IMG/VR virus record: IMGVR_UViG_3300023213_000358
Coordinates: 1-38,038 of that record
DNA length: 38,038 nt
Direction: 5' to 3' (one strand)
Source of the DNA: a virus
Shown piece after piece: positions 6,958 through 14,317 of the stretch. Below the pieces are notes generated by a model. The model was not told where the DNA came from, did no database searches, and worked only from the letters and a program-made list of their open reading frames with translations. The position numbers were made by a program, and so were the translations under genes. Numbering within the stretch: the first letter of the stretch is position 1; each line of letters begins with the position of its first letter.

Positions 6958-7710
6958 TCATACGAGCAGTACCTTCTGATAGGGCATGCGCTCAATCCGT
7001 GAGGCGAAGTGCGCCGCCTCGCGCCAGTTGTTTGCGTTCCGTCCTTCCCGGCGAGCTGCGAAGCTCCAGGCCATCGAGTCAGCGGAACGGAGTAGTCGTC
7101 TCACCAGCCCCGAGTGCAAAGCCGTCGTCTTGAGGCCAAACCCGTGAAGGAGTAGGTCAGGGCGCACCGCATGGATGGCCAGCAATACGGCCTCGATCGC
7201 CTGAACATCACTGTTGCGTTTGCATACGGAGCCGACACCGACCCACAGGCCAGCCGTGAGCCGGGGTCCGTACATGTGGACATGCCGGACGTAGTCCTCG
7301 GGCGAGTAACCCTGTAGGACCGGCATGATGTACACGCCAGGATTGCAGGCGACCAACGCATCGTACCGCTCGATCGTCAACCGCTGGTGCTCTGCGATGG
7401 ATAGCCCCGTTTTGGCGATGATCCACGGCTCGCACATGTAGTCCTGCGCGACCGCTGCGAGCAACTCGCCATTGCCGACCCAACGCCGGATCTCTGCGGC
7501 GTACTCCTCGACGCCATGCCGGTAGTGACCGTACGTAGCCAGCTCCGTGAAAGCGCCGCTGTCCATGATCCAGCGACCGACCTTGAATGGCCCCTTGCGC
7601 CTGCGCAGCCGGTTCACGCTGATGAAGGCCGTCTCGAAGTGACGAGCATCTGACGGTTGATGCAAGCCCGGGAAGAACAGCAGATTGTTTGTCCGCTGCT
7701 CTACGGACAT
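6958..7710 (-). CDS. dpdA: DpdA-like DNA-guanine transglycosylase (TGT superfamily) candidate
   Basis: Internal ATG of track ORF 6958..8073. Recognisable pattern MDSGAF ... MPVLQGYSPEDY ... VGVGSVCKR ... LHGFGLKTTAL ... SADSMAWS, as in 7-deazaguanine DNA transglycosylases. Not verified by search. Confidence 0.6.
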   Translation of the reverse strand: MSVEQRTNNLLFFPGLHQPSDARHFETAFISVNRLRRRKGPFKVGRWIMDSGAFTELATYGHYRHGVEEYAAEIRRWVGNGELLAAVAQDYMCEPWIIAKTGLSIAEHQRLTIERYDALVACNPGVYIMPVLQGYSPEDYVRHVHMYGPRLTAGLWVGVGSVCKRNSDVQAIEAVLLAIHAVRPDLLLHGFGLKTTALHSGLVRRLLRSADSMAWSFAARREGRNANNWREAAHFASRIERMPYQKVLLV

Positions 7711-7931
7711 TGCTGGTACTCCGCCGCTGCGTGCTGATCTATCGCGCCTGTATGGGGCGATTTGAACCAGTAATCCGAGTGTTCGAGGCCGAGCTTCCGC
7801 AGCTCGCCCACGGCCACCTTTTTCGTCCCGGCATTGAAGTGGTTCTCGCAGAGGAAGATGCCGAGCCAGCACGACGCCTTTAGACAGGCATCGCAGACCG
7901 TTACCGGATATTCCAAGATGCGATTGCTCAT
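7701..7931 (-). CDS. Hypothetical Cys-containing protein (C..C...SCW.G.F.C...AGT...ELRKLGLEHSDYW)
   Basis: Internal ATG of track ORF 7701..8102. ATGA overlap with the upstream gene. Confidence 0.55.
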   Translation of the reverse strand: MSNRILEYPVTVCDACLKASCWLGIFLCENHFNAGTKKVAVGELRKLGLEHSDYWFKSPHTGAIDQHAAAEYQQCP

Positions 7932-8143
7932 GGCTTCGGTTCGTGTGAGGCCGACCGGATGGCGTACAACGCATTGCGGAAGATCTTGCGCGCGTGCCAT
8001 TTTGGGTTGCTGATGATCGTGCACGGCCCGGGGTAATTGGCGACGAAGTACTCCTCGAAGTAGTGCATCGCATCCTCGAAAGTGAAGACCTCTCCGGGAC
8101 ACTCGGGCGATGCCATCTGATCTGCAGTCATATTGTCAGACAT
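7928..8143 (-). CDS. Hypothetical protein
   Basis: Internal ATG of track ORF 7928..8401. The upstream part of that ORF is Arg/Ser/Pro junk. Confidence 0.55.
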   Translation of the reverse strand: MSDNMTADQMASPECPGEVFTFEDAMHYFEEYFVANYPGPCTIISNPKWHARKIFRNALYAIRSASHEPKP

Positions 8144-8648
8144 CGCTAGGCGCTTCGTGGGCCTGAAGATCAGTATCTCGGCCGACCCCACTCCCGCTCT
8201 TGTCCGCGCGGATCGCACTGTGCCAATGCAGGAGCGCGGCGGCGCTACTGATGCAGTGATGCTGGGCTTTCTCCTGGCTGCCCGTGATCGCAGCGCGCAG
8301 GGCTTTCCCGGCGAGGTACCCGACGAGCCAGTACCAATGCTCGGCGGACTTCTCCCGGTCGTGCGGCGCGCCCCAGCGCTCACGCTGGTGGGCCGCCTCA
8401 CGCTTTAGACCTTCAAGAAAATCCGTGGTCTCGGGCGAGTTGATGAGCTTATCCAGCCGCCGCAGTTCCCGGTCCTGGTTCTCCACTTGGCGCTGCAGAT
8501 CCGCGTTGTGCTGTTCGAGGGTCGCCAGACTGTACGGGGTGACCGTCACGCTGCCATCGGGGCCGAGATCCACCTTGTGATCGCGACGCATCAGATGCTC
8601 GATGTCATCTATCGAGAGGTGCTGGGCCCGCGGTACGTCTGCAGTCAT
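8136..8648 (-). CDS. Hypothetical protein with a coiled coil and a conserved-looking helical C-terminus (ERWG..HD...W.WLVGYLAGKA...HH)
   Basis: ATG at 8648 forms an ATGA overlap with the upstream membrane-protein stop. Confidence 0.65.
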   Translation of the reverse strand: MTADVPRAQHLSIDDIEHLMRRDHKVDLGPDGSVTVTPYSLATLEQHNADLQRQVENQDRELRRLDKLINSPETTDFLEGLKREAAHQRERWGAPHDREKSAEHWYWLVGYLAGKALRAAITGSQEKAQHHCISSAAALLHWHSAIRADKSGSGVGRDTDLQAHEAPSDV

Positions 8649-8890
8649 GATGTTTTCCCCAGAAAATACGGCTGTATCCACCATTGCCAAACTCCCTTGA
8701 ACCAGGAGAACGTGTAGAGACAGGACATCATCATGATGCCGAATTGGTGATGACCCGCAAGCGTCCAGAACCAAAAGGGTTGCGCTGCTGATCCGAACAG
8801 ACACGCACTCCGACGCCAACTCTCGCGTTTGCTCTGCGTGAGGAATACGGCAGTTGAGCCGAATGCGACGATGCCGATCTGGTCGATCAC
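8645..8890 (-). CDS. 81-aa polytopic membrane protein (about 3 TM, Trp-rich)
   Basis: GTG at 8890 forms a GTGA overlap with the methyltransferase stop. VIDQIGIVAFGSTAVFLTQSKRESWRRSACLFGSAAQPFWFWTLAGHHQFGIMMMSCLYTFSWFKGVWQWW. Locally lower GC. Confidence 0.55.
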   Translation of the reverse strand: MIDQIGIVAFGSTAVFLTQSKRESWRRSACLFGSAAQPFWFWTLAGHHQFGIMMMSCLYTFSWFKGVWQWWIQPYFLGKTS

Positions 8891-9615
8891 GCAAGTTGCT
8901 CCACTCGTGGCTTGTAGACCCGCGCGATGTGACGTGCGAGAGGAAGGGGGATTTTGGCTACTGTGGCCTGCCAAGCGAGACGTTCCAATCTCTTGCTGTT
9001 CGCCGACCTTCCATTGCCGCCGTTTTTGAAAAACCAAGAGCGCCCACTGCCTTCGCCTTTGCGTCCCCTGGTCGCGAGAATTGTATTGAAGGCCTGCCCC
9101 GCACGATGCTTGGGGTCTTCTGGATGTTTCCAGTCCAAACCACCCACCTTCACGCCGCCCTTGGTCATCGGCATGAGCGCCGGCACATCGCCCCACAGGT
9201 AGTAACTGCCGTAGTGCCAGCGTGCGCGCCCGACCCACTTCTGCGCCCCGCGGACATTCTCCACGACCATCGGGATGTGGCGACCCGCTGCCGCGCAGGC
9301 CTCACGCTGAATGCGAAATTGCGCCTGGAACAACTCAATCCCGAGCACCGGAGGCGGCGCGGCTTTGGCGGCCTGCCAGGGCATCGCGCGCCAACTAAAT
9401 TCCTGGCAGGGACTTGAGCCCACGATCAGGTCAGCGTCCTTGAACTGCCGGCCGTGGAGCGTGCGCACGTCCTGCAAGACGAGTTGCCCGGGGTAGCGGT
9501 GCTCACCGTAGACGTGCTCCTCAAGGTCAAAGCCGATCACACGCCATCCTTCGGCCAGAAGCCCTTCCGTCCAGCCGCCGAGTCCGCAATACAGGTCCAC
9601 CGCCAGCGGCCTCAC
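8887..9615 (-). CDS. DNA (cytosine-5)-methyltransferase, compact
   Basis: Motif I DLYCGLGGW, motif IV GSSPCQEFS, motif VI VVENVRG, and a C-terminal IPLPLARHIA resembling motif X. GTG at 9615 overlaps the upstream stop (GTGA). Confidence 0.85.
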   Translation of the reverse strand: MRPLAVDLYCGLGGWTEGLLAEGWRVIGFDLEEHVYGEHRYPGQLVLQDVRTLHGRQFKDADLIVGSSPCQEFSWRAMPWQAAKAAPPPVLGIELFQAQFRIQREACAAAGRHIPMVVENVRGAQKWVGRARWHYGSYYLWGDVPALMPMTKGGVKVGGLDWKHPEDPKHRAGQAFNTILATRGRKGEGSGRSWFFKNGGNGRSANSKRLERLAWQATVAKIPLPLARHIARVYKPRVEQLA

Positions 9616-9830
9616 GCAGACTGCTCCGCGGCACAGGCCCGAATGTCCTCCATCGCGCGCGCGTCCGTCGCGAAGAAGTGCGGGACGCGCCCTGTGCTGG
9701 CCCGGTAGATCATGGCGCCCGCGCGCTGTGGCCCGTATTTGGCTTCCAGCTCCTGGCCAGCCTCGCCTGCGAGCGTGATCGCCCACCCAGCGCGGCAGTG
9801 CGTCGTCTCGCACTGGTGCCACGTCGCCAT
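9612..9830 (-). CDS. Hypothetical protein (WHQCETTHCRAGWAI motif); possibly the C-terminal half of a split pentapeptide-repeat gene
   Basis: ATG at 9830 lies 1 nt after the upstream stop. Its frame is open for 12 further codons upstream, overlapping the end of 9832..10155. Confidence 0.55.
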   Translation of the reverse strand: MATWHQCETTHCRAGWAITLAGEAGQELEAKYGPQRAGAMIYRASTGRVPHFFATDARAMEDIRACAAEQSA

Positions 9831-9831
9831 G

Positions 9832-10155
9832 TCAAGCCCTGCCGGCGCCAGACGCAATGACGGCAAGTATCTGGGCGTCGAGGTCCGGGATCACCGGCAC
9901 GTCGGGATTGCGTGCACGGAAGCGCTCGGCTCGACGCTTGGCACGCTCTTTGCGGTCGGCTCGTTCTGGCCGATGTGCCTCTGAACCATTCGTTTCACCG
10001 AGGTTCCTGGCGTCCGTGAGGTCGGCGCCCGTGAGGTCGGCGTCCGTGAGGTCGGCGCGCGCCTTGACGGCCGCGATCACCGCAGTACGCAGGCTCGCGA
10101 ACTCGCCCCCGAAGATGACGGCGCCGGTGAAGCGGTTTTTAATCTCGACGTTCAT
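9832..10155 (-). CDS. Pentapeptide-repeat protein
   Basis: ADLTDADLTGADLTDARNL (A(D/N)LXX repeats) encoded by a 3 x 15-bp tandem DNA repeat. ATG at 10155 has a strong SD (GAGGAGattgagcATG). Confidence 0.75.
   Translation of the reverse strand: MNVEIKNRFTGAVIFGGEFASLRTAVIAAVKARADLTDADLTGADLTDARNLGETNGSEAHRPERADRKERAKRRAERFRARNPDVPVIPDLDAQILAVIASGAGRA
10024..10068. repeat. 3 x 15-bp tandem repeat (ccgtgaggtcggcgY) encoding the pentapeptide repeats
   Basis: Read directly from the sequence. Confidence 0.9.
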
Positions 10156-10192
10156 GCTCAATCTCCTCAAACGAGTAACTGTGGATCAGTGG

Positions 10193-10378
10193 TCATGACT
10201 GCCTCAACCGCAGCAGCGGACGCCGAGTCGGAGACGACACCGGTACGCTTGACGCGGCCTCGCTCGGCCAGTGCAGGTTCGCGAGCAACCAGCGCGTCCA
10301 CTTCCACGCCCCTTTGCGCTCGCAACGGCGGACCCGCGTGCGCCGGTAGTAGGCCCGGTGGTAGCTGCGGCGGTCCAT
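10193..10378 (-). CDS. Hypothetical basic 61-aa protein
   Basis: Internal ATG of track ORF 10193..10429, 2 nt after the nuclease stop. GC3-rich first half. Confidence 0.45.
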   Translation of the reverse strand: MDRRSYHRAYYRRTRVRRCERKGAWKWTRWLLANLHWPSEAASSVPVSSPTRRPLLRLRQS

Positions 10379-10380
10379 GT

Positions 10381-10959
10381 TCAGGTACTCGCCTGCCACC
10401 ACCACAGATTCAGCGCCGACACAAACCAACTCCAGTCGCGGGTGTCCTCGTACGGATAGAGTCGATACTCGCTATCCGCGCGCAACTGCACCCCGTAGCG
10501 CTTCAGGGGTCGCCCGCCATAGGTGCGGCGGAACAAGTGCTCGTAGCCCGCCGTCTGTAGGCCCGCAGTGCGCGGCATGACAGTGGGAGTCTTCCAGTCA
10601 AACACCGCAGTGTAGCGTCGCATCACGCCCAACAAGTCTAGAGTGCCCGCGAACTTCAGCTGCGGGTCCACCATGCGATGCTCGACCCGCAGGACGGTCA
10701 CTTCGGCCTCTTTCACGAATTTCTGCGCAGCCGTGACGTAGGGCACGAGTTGAGGATCGAGCGTCGCCCAGTCCAGTTGCACCAGGAGCGCAAGCGCCAC
10801 GGCGTGATGCACCTGCTGCCCGAACACCCGCGCGGCCTCTAAGGTTTCTGGGGGAATCCCGTCCCAGCACTGCAGTGGCTCCAGCACCTGCGTCACGGAG
10901 GGAATCTCCTGGTCATCCAGGGAGTACCGGTGCTCTTTCTCGTCGAAGCGAAAGTCCAT
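10381..10959 (-). CDS. PD-(D/E)XK family exonuclease (RecB/Cas4-like fold, no Cys cluster)
   Basis: N-terminal EKEHRYSLDDQEIPSVTQVL and the catalytic-like block FAGTLDLLG...AVFDWKT. Partner position next to RecT. The start could also be 11001. Confidence 0.7.
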   Translation of the reverse strand: MDFRFDEKEHRYSLDDQEIPSVTQVLEPLQCWDGIPPETLEAARVFGQQVHHAVALALLVQLDWATLDPQLVPYVTAAQKFVKEAEVTVLRVEHRMVDPQLKFAGTLDLLGVMRRYTAVFDWKTPTVMPRTAGLQTAGYEHLFRRTYGGRPLKRYGVQLRADSEYRLYPYEDTRDWSWFVSALNLWWWQAST

Positions 10960-11031
10960 CACAGGCCTAGTTCCTCTTGCGCCATCTTGACGACCATACA
11001 TCGGCCAGCGCCACGTTCTGTTCCACTGTGC

Positions 11032-11868
11032 TCATGGGGCGTTGTCCTGTACGAGTTGAATCGCCTCCGCGACCTGATCCGTGCGCAGATCCTCCAGCGC
11101 GCCGACCTCGAATTTCACCATGACCAGCTTGTCGGGCACCCCGGTTTTGGCGAGCTGTTCGCGCAACAACTCCAACTGATCCTCGGTGGCTGGTCCCGGC
11201 TCAGCTTTGAACGCCTGCGGCGACTCTGGGACCTCTTTACGCGTCGTACTGGGCAAGAGGTCCACACCAGGCGAGAGTGCAATGACTTCCCCCTCGTCCG
11301 CATCGAAGATGCCGCCGAAGCCAAAAGCCGCCCGTGCACTCTGGATGTAGGCGCGGTGTTGCAACATCCGCGTCGGCATCTGATCCCACGGGTCGGTCTT
11401 GCGGTAATTCTCTTTGTAGTACTGCCGGCGACTGATCGGAAACTTCCGGTCACTGCGATGGATGATGCACTCGTAATAGAAGCCGAGCACGACGCCATCA
11501 GGTCCAATCGTCTCGTCAAACCCCGACCGCATCTCTTCGCCGACGTAGGTGCTCTGGCGCTCGACGAGACGCACCCACCCGTCAATGCCGACAATCGGGC
11601 TGATGCCCCCCGCCTTGTTGCGAAACGCGTAGATTTCCCTCGTGAAGGGGTTGAGGTGGTACTCGTTACTGACGATCATCAGCGCCGCGATCTCCGCATC
11701 CGTGACGGCGGGCTCCCCGCGCTTCACCGCGAAGGCGGTATTGCGCAGGATATCCAGCACTAGCTTCGGATCGACCGAGTAGCGCTGCGCGAACAACTCG
11801 ATCAAGCGCGGCTTTGCGGGAGCGACGTCTTGCGGCTTTTTGCCGACCACGGGCTTGGGCTGGTTCAC
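11032..11868 (-). CDS. recT: RecT-family single-strand annealing recombinase
   Basis: LMIVSNEYHLNPFTREIYAF...GISPIVGIDGW...DPWDQMPTRMLQHRAYIQSARAAFGF is the typical RecT core pattern. Confidence 0.85.
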   Translation of the reverse strand: MNQPKPVVGKKPQDVAPAKPRLIELFAQRYSVDPKLVLDILRNTAFAVKRGEPAVTDAEIAALMIVSNEYHLNPFTREIYAFRNKAGGISPIVGIDGWVRLVERQSTYVGEEMRSGFDETIGPDGVVLGFYYECIIHRSDRKFPISRRQYYKENYRKTDPWDQMPTRMLQHRAYIQSARAAFGFGGIFDADEGEVIALSPGVDLLPSTTRKEVPESPQAFKAEPGPATEDQLELLREQLAKTGVPDKLVMVKFEVGALEDLRTDQVAEAIQLVQDNAP

Positions 11869-12089
11869 AGGAGTTCCTTCAAGTCGTTTGAGTCGAGTTC
11901 TTCGACGGGAGTGGCCACCTCGAGGCTCACATCGTTCAACGCTAGTTGGTGCACGCGCGCCGCATCGGGGAGTTCGATGGAGAGTGTGTTTCGCACACTC
12001 TTTAGGATGAACGCGCGCGCCTGAGCGCGAGACTTCGCGCTCACCAGTCGTACCTGCCCGCGTCCGTCATCACACTCGTAAACCGGCAT
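11865..12089 (-). CDS. Hypothetical 74-aa protein, first gene of the leftward operon
   Basis: ATG at 12089 with SD (cGGAGactctcccATG). Its stop overlaps the recT start. Confidence 0.6.
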   Translation of the reverse strand: MPVYECDDGRGQVRLVSAKSRAQARAFILKSVRNTLSIELPDAARVHQLALNDVSLEVATPVEELDSNDLKELL

Positions 12090-12121
12090 GGGAGAGTCTC
12101 CGATTGGGGGACCGAGCGGGC

Positions 12122-12165
12122 ACGCTAGCGCATATTTGCCAATGAGGCAAGCACTCTGGTACGCT
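12122..12165. promoter_or_regulatory. Overlapping divergent sigma70-like promoters around the palindrome TTGCC-aatga-GGCAA
   Basis: + strand: TTGCCA (12136-41), 18-nt spacer, TACGCT (12160-65). - strand: TTGCCT (12150-45), 17-nt spacer, TAGCGT (12127-22). The hexamers are weak matches. Confidence 0.4.
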
Positions 12166-12173
12166 CCACACTG

Positions 12174-12392
12174 ATGAACTCCATTAAGCAGCATCTGGAT
12201 ACTCACCGGCGCTCCCAGCACGACTTCGCGCAAGCCGTGAACATCACCGACTCGCACCTCTCGCGCATCCTCTCCGGGCACCGGGCACCCTCGCTCCGGG
12301 TGCTCAAACGGATGGCAAAGGAATTGCGCGTCTCGATCGGCAAGCTCGCGGCCGAGGTGCAAGAGTACAAACGCGAAGGCCCGCCTCCGTGA
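12174..12392 (+). CDS. XRE-family helix-turn-helix regulator (Cro/CI-like)
   Basis: SQHDFAQAVNITDSHLSRILSGHRAPSLRVLKRMAKEL is a classic HTH_3-type motif. Sits at the divergent switch region. No SD, and the ATG is 8 nt after the putative -10. Confidence 0.8.
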   Translation: MNSIKQHLDTHRRSQHDFAQAVNITDSHLSRILSGHRAPSLRVLKRMAKELRVSIGKLAAEVQEYKREGPPP

Positions 12393-12643
12393 CCATCCGC
12401 GCCGCCTTCGTGCTGTTCAGGGCGCATCCCGCGAATCCCTTTGGGTACATGGGACGGATTCGTCTGCCCGACGGGCAGTTCTTTCGGATCGAGGCGAATG
12501 CAGTTGCCGAACGGGACGGGATCAAGAAGCACTTCGAGGGTATCTTGGTGCCTGTGGACGTGAAGCAGGGTGACCTGCTGTCATCGCCGCGCGACGAGGA
12601 CGCAGCCCTGCCGTTCGATGATGCGCTGCCCGAGGGACTCTGA
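12389..12643 (+). CDS. Hypothetical protein
   Basis: GTG start overlaps the upstream stop (GTGA). ORF from the track. Confidence 0.6.
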   Translation: MTIRAAFVLFRAHPANPFGYMGRIRLPDGQFFRIEANAVAERDGIKKHFEGILVPVDVKQGDLLSSPRDEDAALPFDDALPEGL

Positions 12644-12644
12644 C

Positions 12645-12878
12645 GTGGACTGTCTGCGCGTCGAGTTTCAATGTTCGGCGTGTCAGGAATTTTCCGTCAT
12701 GACAGTGAGCGTAGACGGTCCTGCGACCAACGCAACAGCCAAGAAAGTCGAGGAAGGGACGCTGGCAGCGATTCGCGAAAACATCCGCGAAGGCACGGAG
12801 CGGCCAGAGTGCCCTGCCTGCCATCAGAAGAGCTTGTCCACAACCGGCACGCGGTGGCGGCGCAAGTTACAGTCATGA
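12645..12878 (+). CDS. Zinc-ribbon protein (CSAC ... CPAC)
   Basis: GTG at 12645, 1 nt after the upstream stop, in frame with track ORF 12570..12878 (alternative ATG at 12618). Confidence 0.5.
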   Translation: MDCLRVEFQCSACQEFSVMTVSVDGPATNATAKKVEEGTLAAIRENIREGTERPECPACHQKSLSTTGTRWRRKLQS

Positions 12879-13363
12879 GTGGCTTCTGCGGCATCGACCC
12901 AGGCTTGTGTGGCGCCATCGCTTTTCTCCAACCTGACAGTACGTTTCAGCAAGTACTCGACCTTCCGATCATTCGCGACGGCCGGCTCGCGTGGGTAGAT
13001 GGCGGGGTGTTGCAATCCTTGTTGATTGATAGTCAGCCGGATGTTGTCATCGTCGAGCGCGTCTCGGCGATGCCGCGTCAAGGCGTCGCCTCCAGTTTCA
13101 ACTTCGGCGTGGGCTTGGGCTCGATCCTTGGCCTCATCCAGGCGCGCGAGCTGCGCTTGGAGCTCGTGACTGCGAGAGTGTGGAAACGCGATCTCAAGTT
13201 GTCCTCGGACAAACACGCCTCCCTTGATAAAGCCCGCTTGCTCTATCCCGGCGCGGAACTTCTACGCAAAAAGGACGAGGGGCGCGCCGAAGCGCTCTTG
13301 CTCGCATATTGGGGGTGGCGGCGGCAACTGGCCCACGTACTGGGGGCGCAGGAGCTCGCATGA
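12875..13363 (+). CDS. RuvC-like Holliday-junction resolvase
   Basis: GIDPGLCGAIAF (catalytic Asp), VVIVERVSAMP (Glu), SSFNFGVGLGSILG, KDEGRAEALLLAYWG (acidic pair). ATGA overlap upstream. Confidence 0.75.
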   Translation: MSGFCGIDPGLCGAIAFLQPDSTFQQVLDLPIIRDGRLAWVDGGVLQSLLIDSQPDVVIVERVSAMPRQGVASSFNFGVGLGSILGLIQARELRLELVTARVWKRDLKLSSDKHASLDKARLLYPGAELLRKKDEGRAEALLLAYWGWRRQLAHVLGAQELA

Positions 13364-13782
13364 CCGAGCTCAGTGCCGCCGAGAAGCGCGCGAACGCGGC
13401 GCGCATCAATGCCTTCCAGGCCCTGGCCAAAGTGCTCGGGCAGATCCTGCAGCCGGTCGTCTCGGTCGTCGAGGTGCCGCTGGAGGGCAACCGCAAGATC
13501 CTCTTGTCCACCTGTCCTGCAGAGTTGGCGCAGATCGTCGCCCAACAGCAGTTGCAACTGCGGCAGTTGGAGATCAATCTGCAGTGCATCGTGGACATGC
13601 TCTTGCAGAGCGCGCTGCTCGTCGCTGGGCCTGACGGGGCGCCCGTACGGTCTAACATTACGATGGAGCAATTCTGGCTCCTGTGTGCGCAGTCAGCGGA
13701 GAAACTCGCCGACACGATGCAGCGCGGGCTTTTGTCGCAGGGCGCGGTCCGCCCCGCATCTGGGATCGTGCTGGCCAATTGA
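13360..13782 (+). CDS. Hypothetical protein
   Basis: ATG at 13360 forms an ATGA overlap with the resolvase stop. Confidence 0.65.
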   Translation: MTELSAAEKRANAARINAFQALAKVLGQILQPVVSVVEVPLEGNRKILLSTCPAELAQIVAQQQLQLRQLEINLQCIVDMLLQSALLVAGPDGAPVRSNITMEQFWLLCAQSAEKLADTMQRGLLSQGAVRPASGIVLAN

Positions 13783-14123
13783 GTGACGACCCGCTCCTCA
13801 GTACGCAGACTCTGCTCCCCGCGCTCAAGCGCCGCTGGCCGCTCTTGGGGTGGGTGCTGGAGCAGTTCTCGCTCACCTCTGCGCTGACCGTTGCCGGCGT
13901 CATCGTGGGGTTAGGCGGGTGGGCGCTCTCGCTCCAGACCCGGGTCGTCGTGCTCGAGACCCGAGTGATTCCCTTCGTCAAGGATGAAACCCGCTTGCAG
14001 CGCTTGGAGGATCACGACCAGGAATATGCCCGCCGGCTCGCGCTCCTTGAAGCTTATGACCGCCAAGCGGTCGATGCCGCGAAACAGAACCCGCAACCGG
14101 ATCGTCGGACGCACCGACGCTAG
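13779..14123 (+). CDS. Hypothetical membrane-anchored coiled-coil protein (start uncertain)
   Basis: TTG at 13779 overlaps the upstream TGA. TM segment SALTVAGVIVGLGGWALSL followed by a charged helix. Confidence 0.45.
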   Translation: MSDDPLLSTQTLLPALKRRWPLLGWVLEQFSLTSALTVAGVIVGLGGWALSLQTRVVVLETRVIPFVKDETRLQRLEDHDQEYARRLALLEAYDRQAVDAAKQNPQPDRRTHRR

Positions 14124-14317
14124 GGAGCGGGGCGAGCGAGGTCTCGGAGGACGCGCTGCCAGTGCCGCACGATCTCCTGCCACCGCCGCGCCCGCCGGCG
14201 CCAGTACGCGACCTCGCTCGCGCGATACGCGCCCGCCAGCGCGGCGCCGACGCCCACCCCCAGGGCGAGGCCCACCTCAAGCAGGATCAGCCCGCCGGAC
14301 CAGTCCTGGCAGCTCAT
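14120..14317 (-). CDS. 65-aa membrane protein with an Arg-rich C-terminus
   Basis: ORF from the track. TM GGLILLEVGLALGVGVGAALAGAY. ATGA overlap with the lipoprotein stop. Confidence 0.55.
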   Translation of the reverse strand: MSCQDWSGGLILLEVGLALGVGVGAALAGAYRASEVAYWRRRARRWQEIVRHWQRVLRDLARPAP

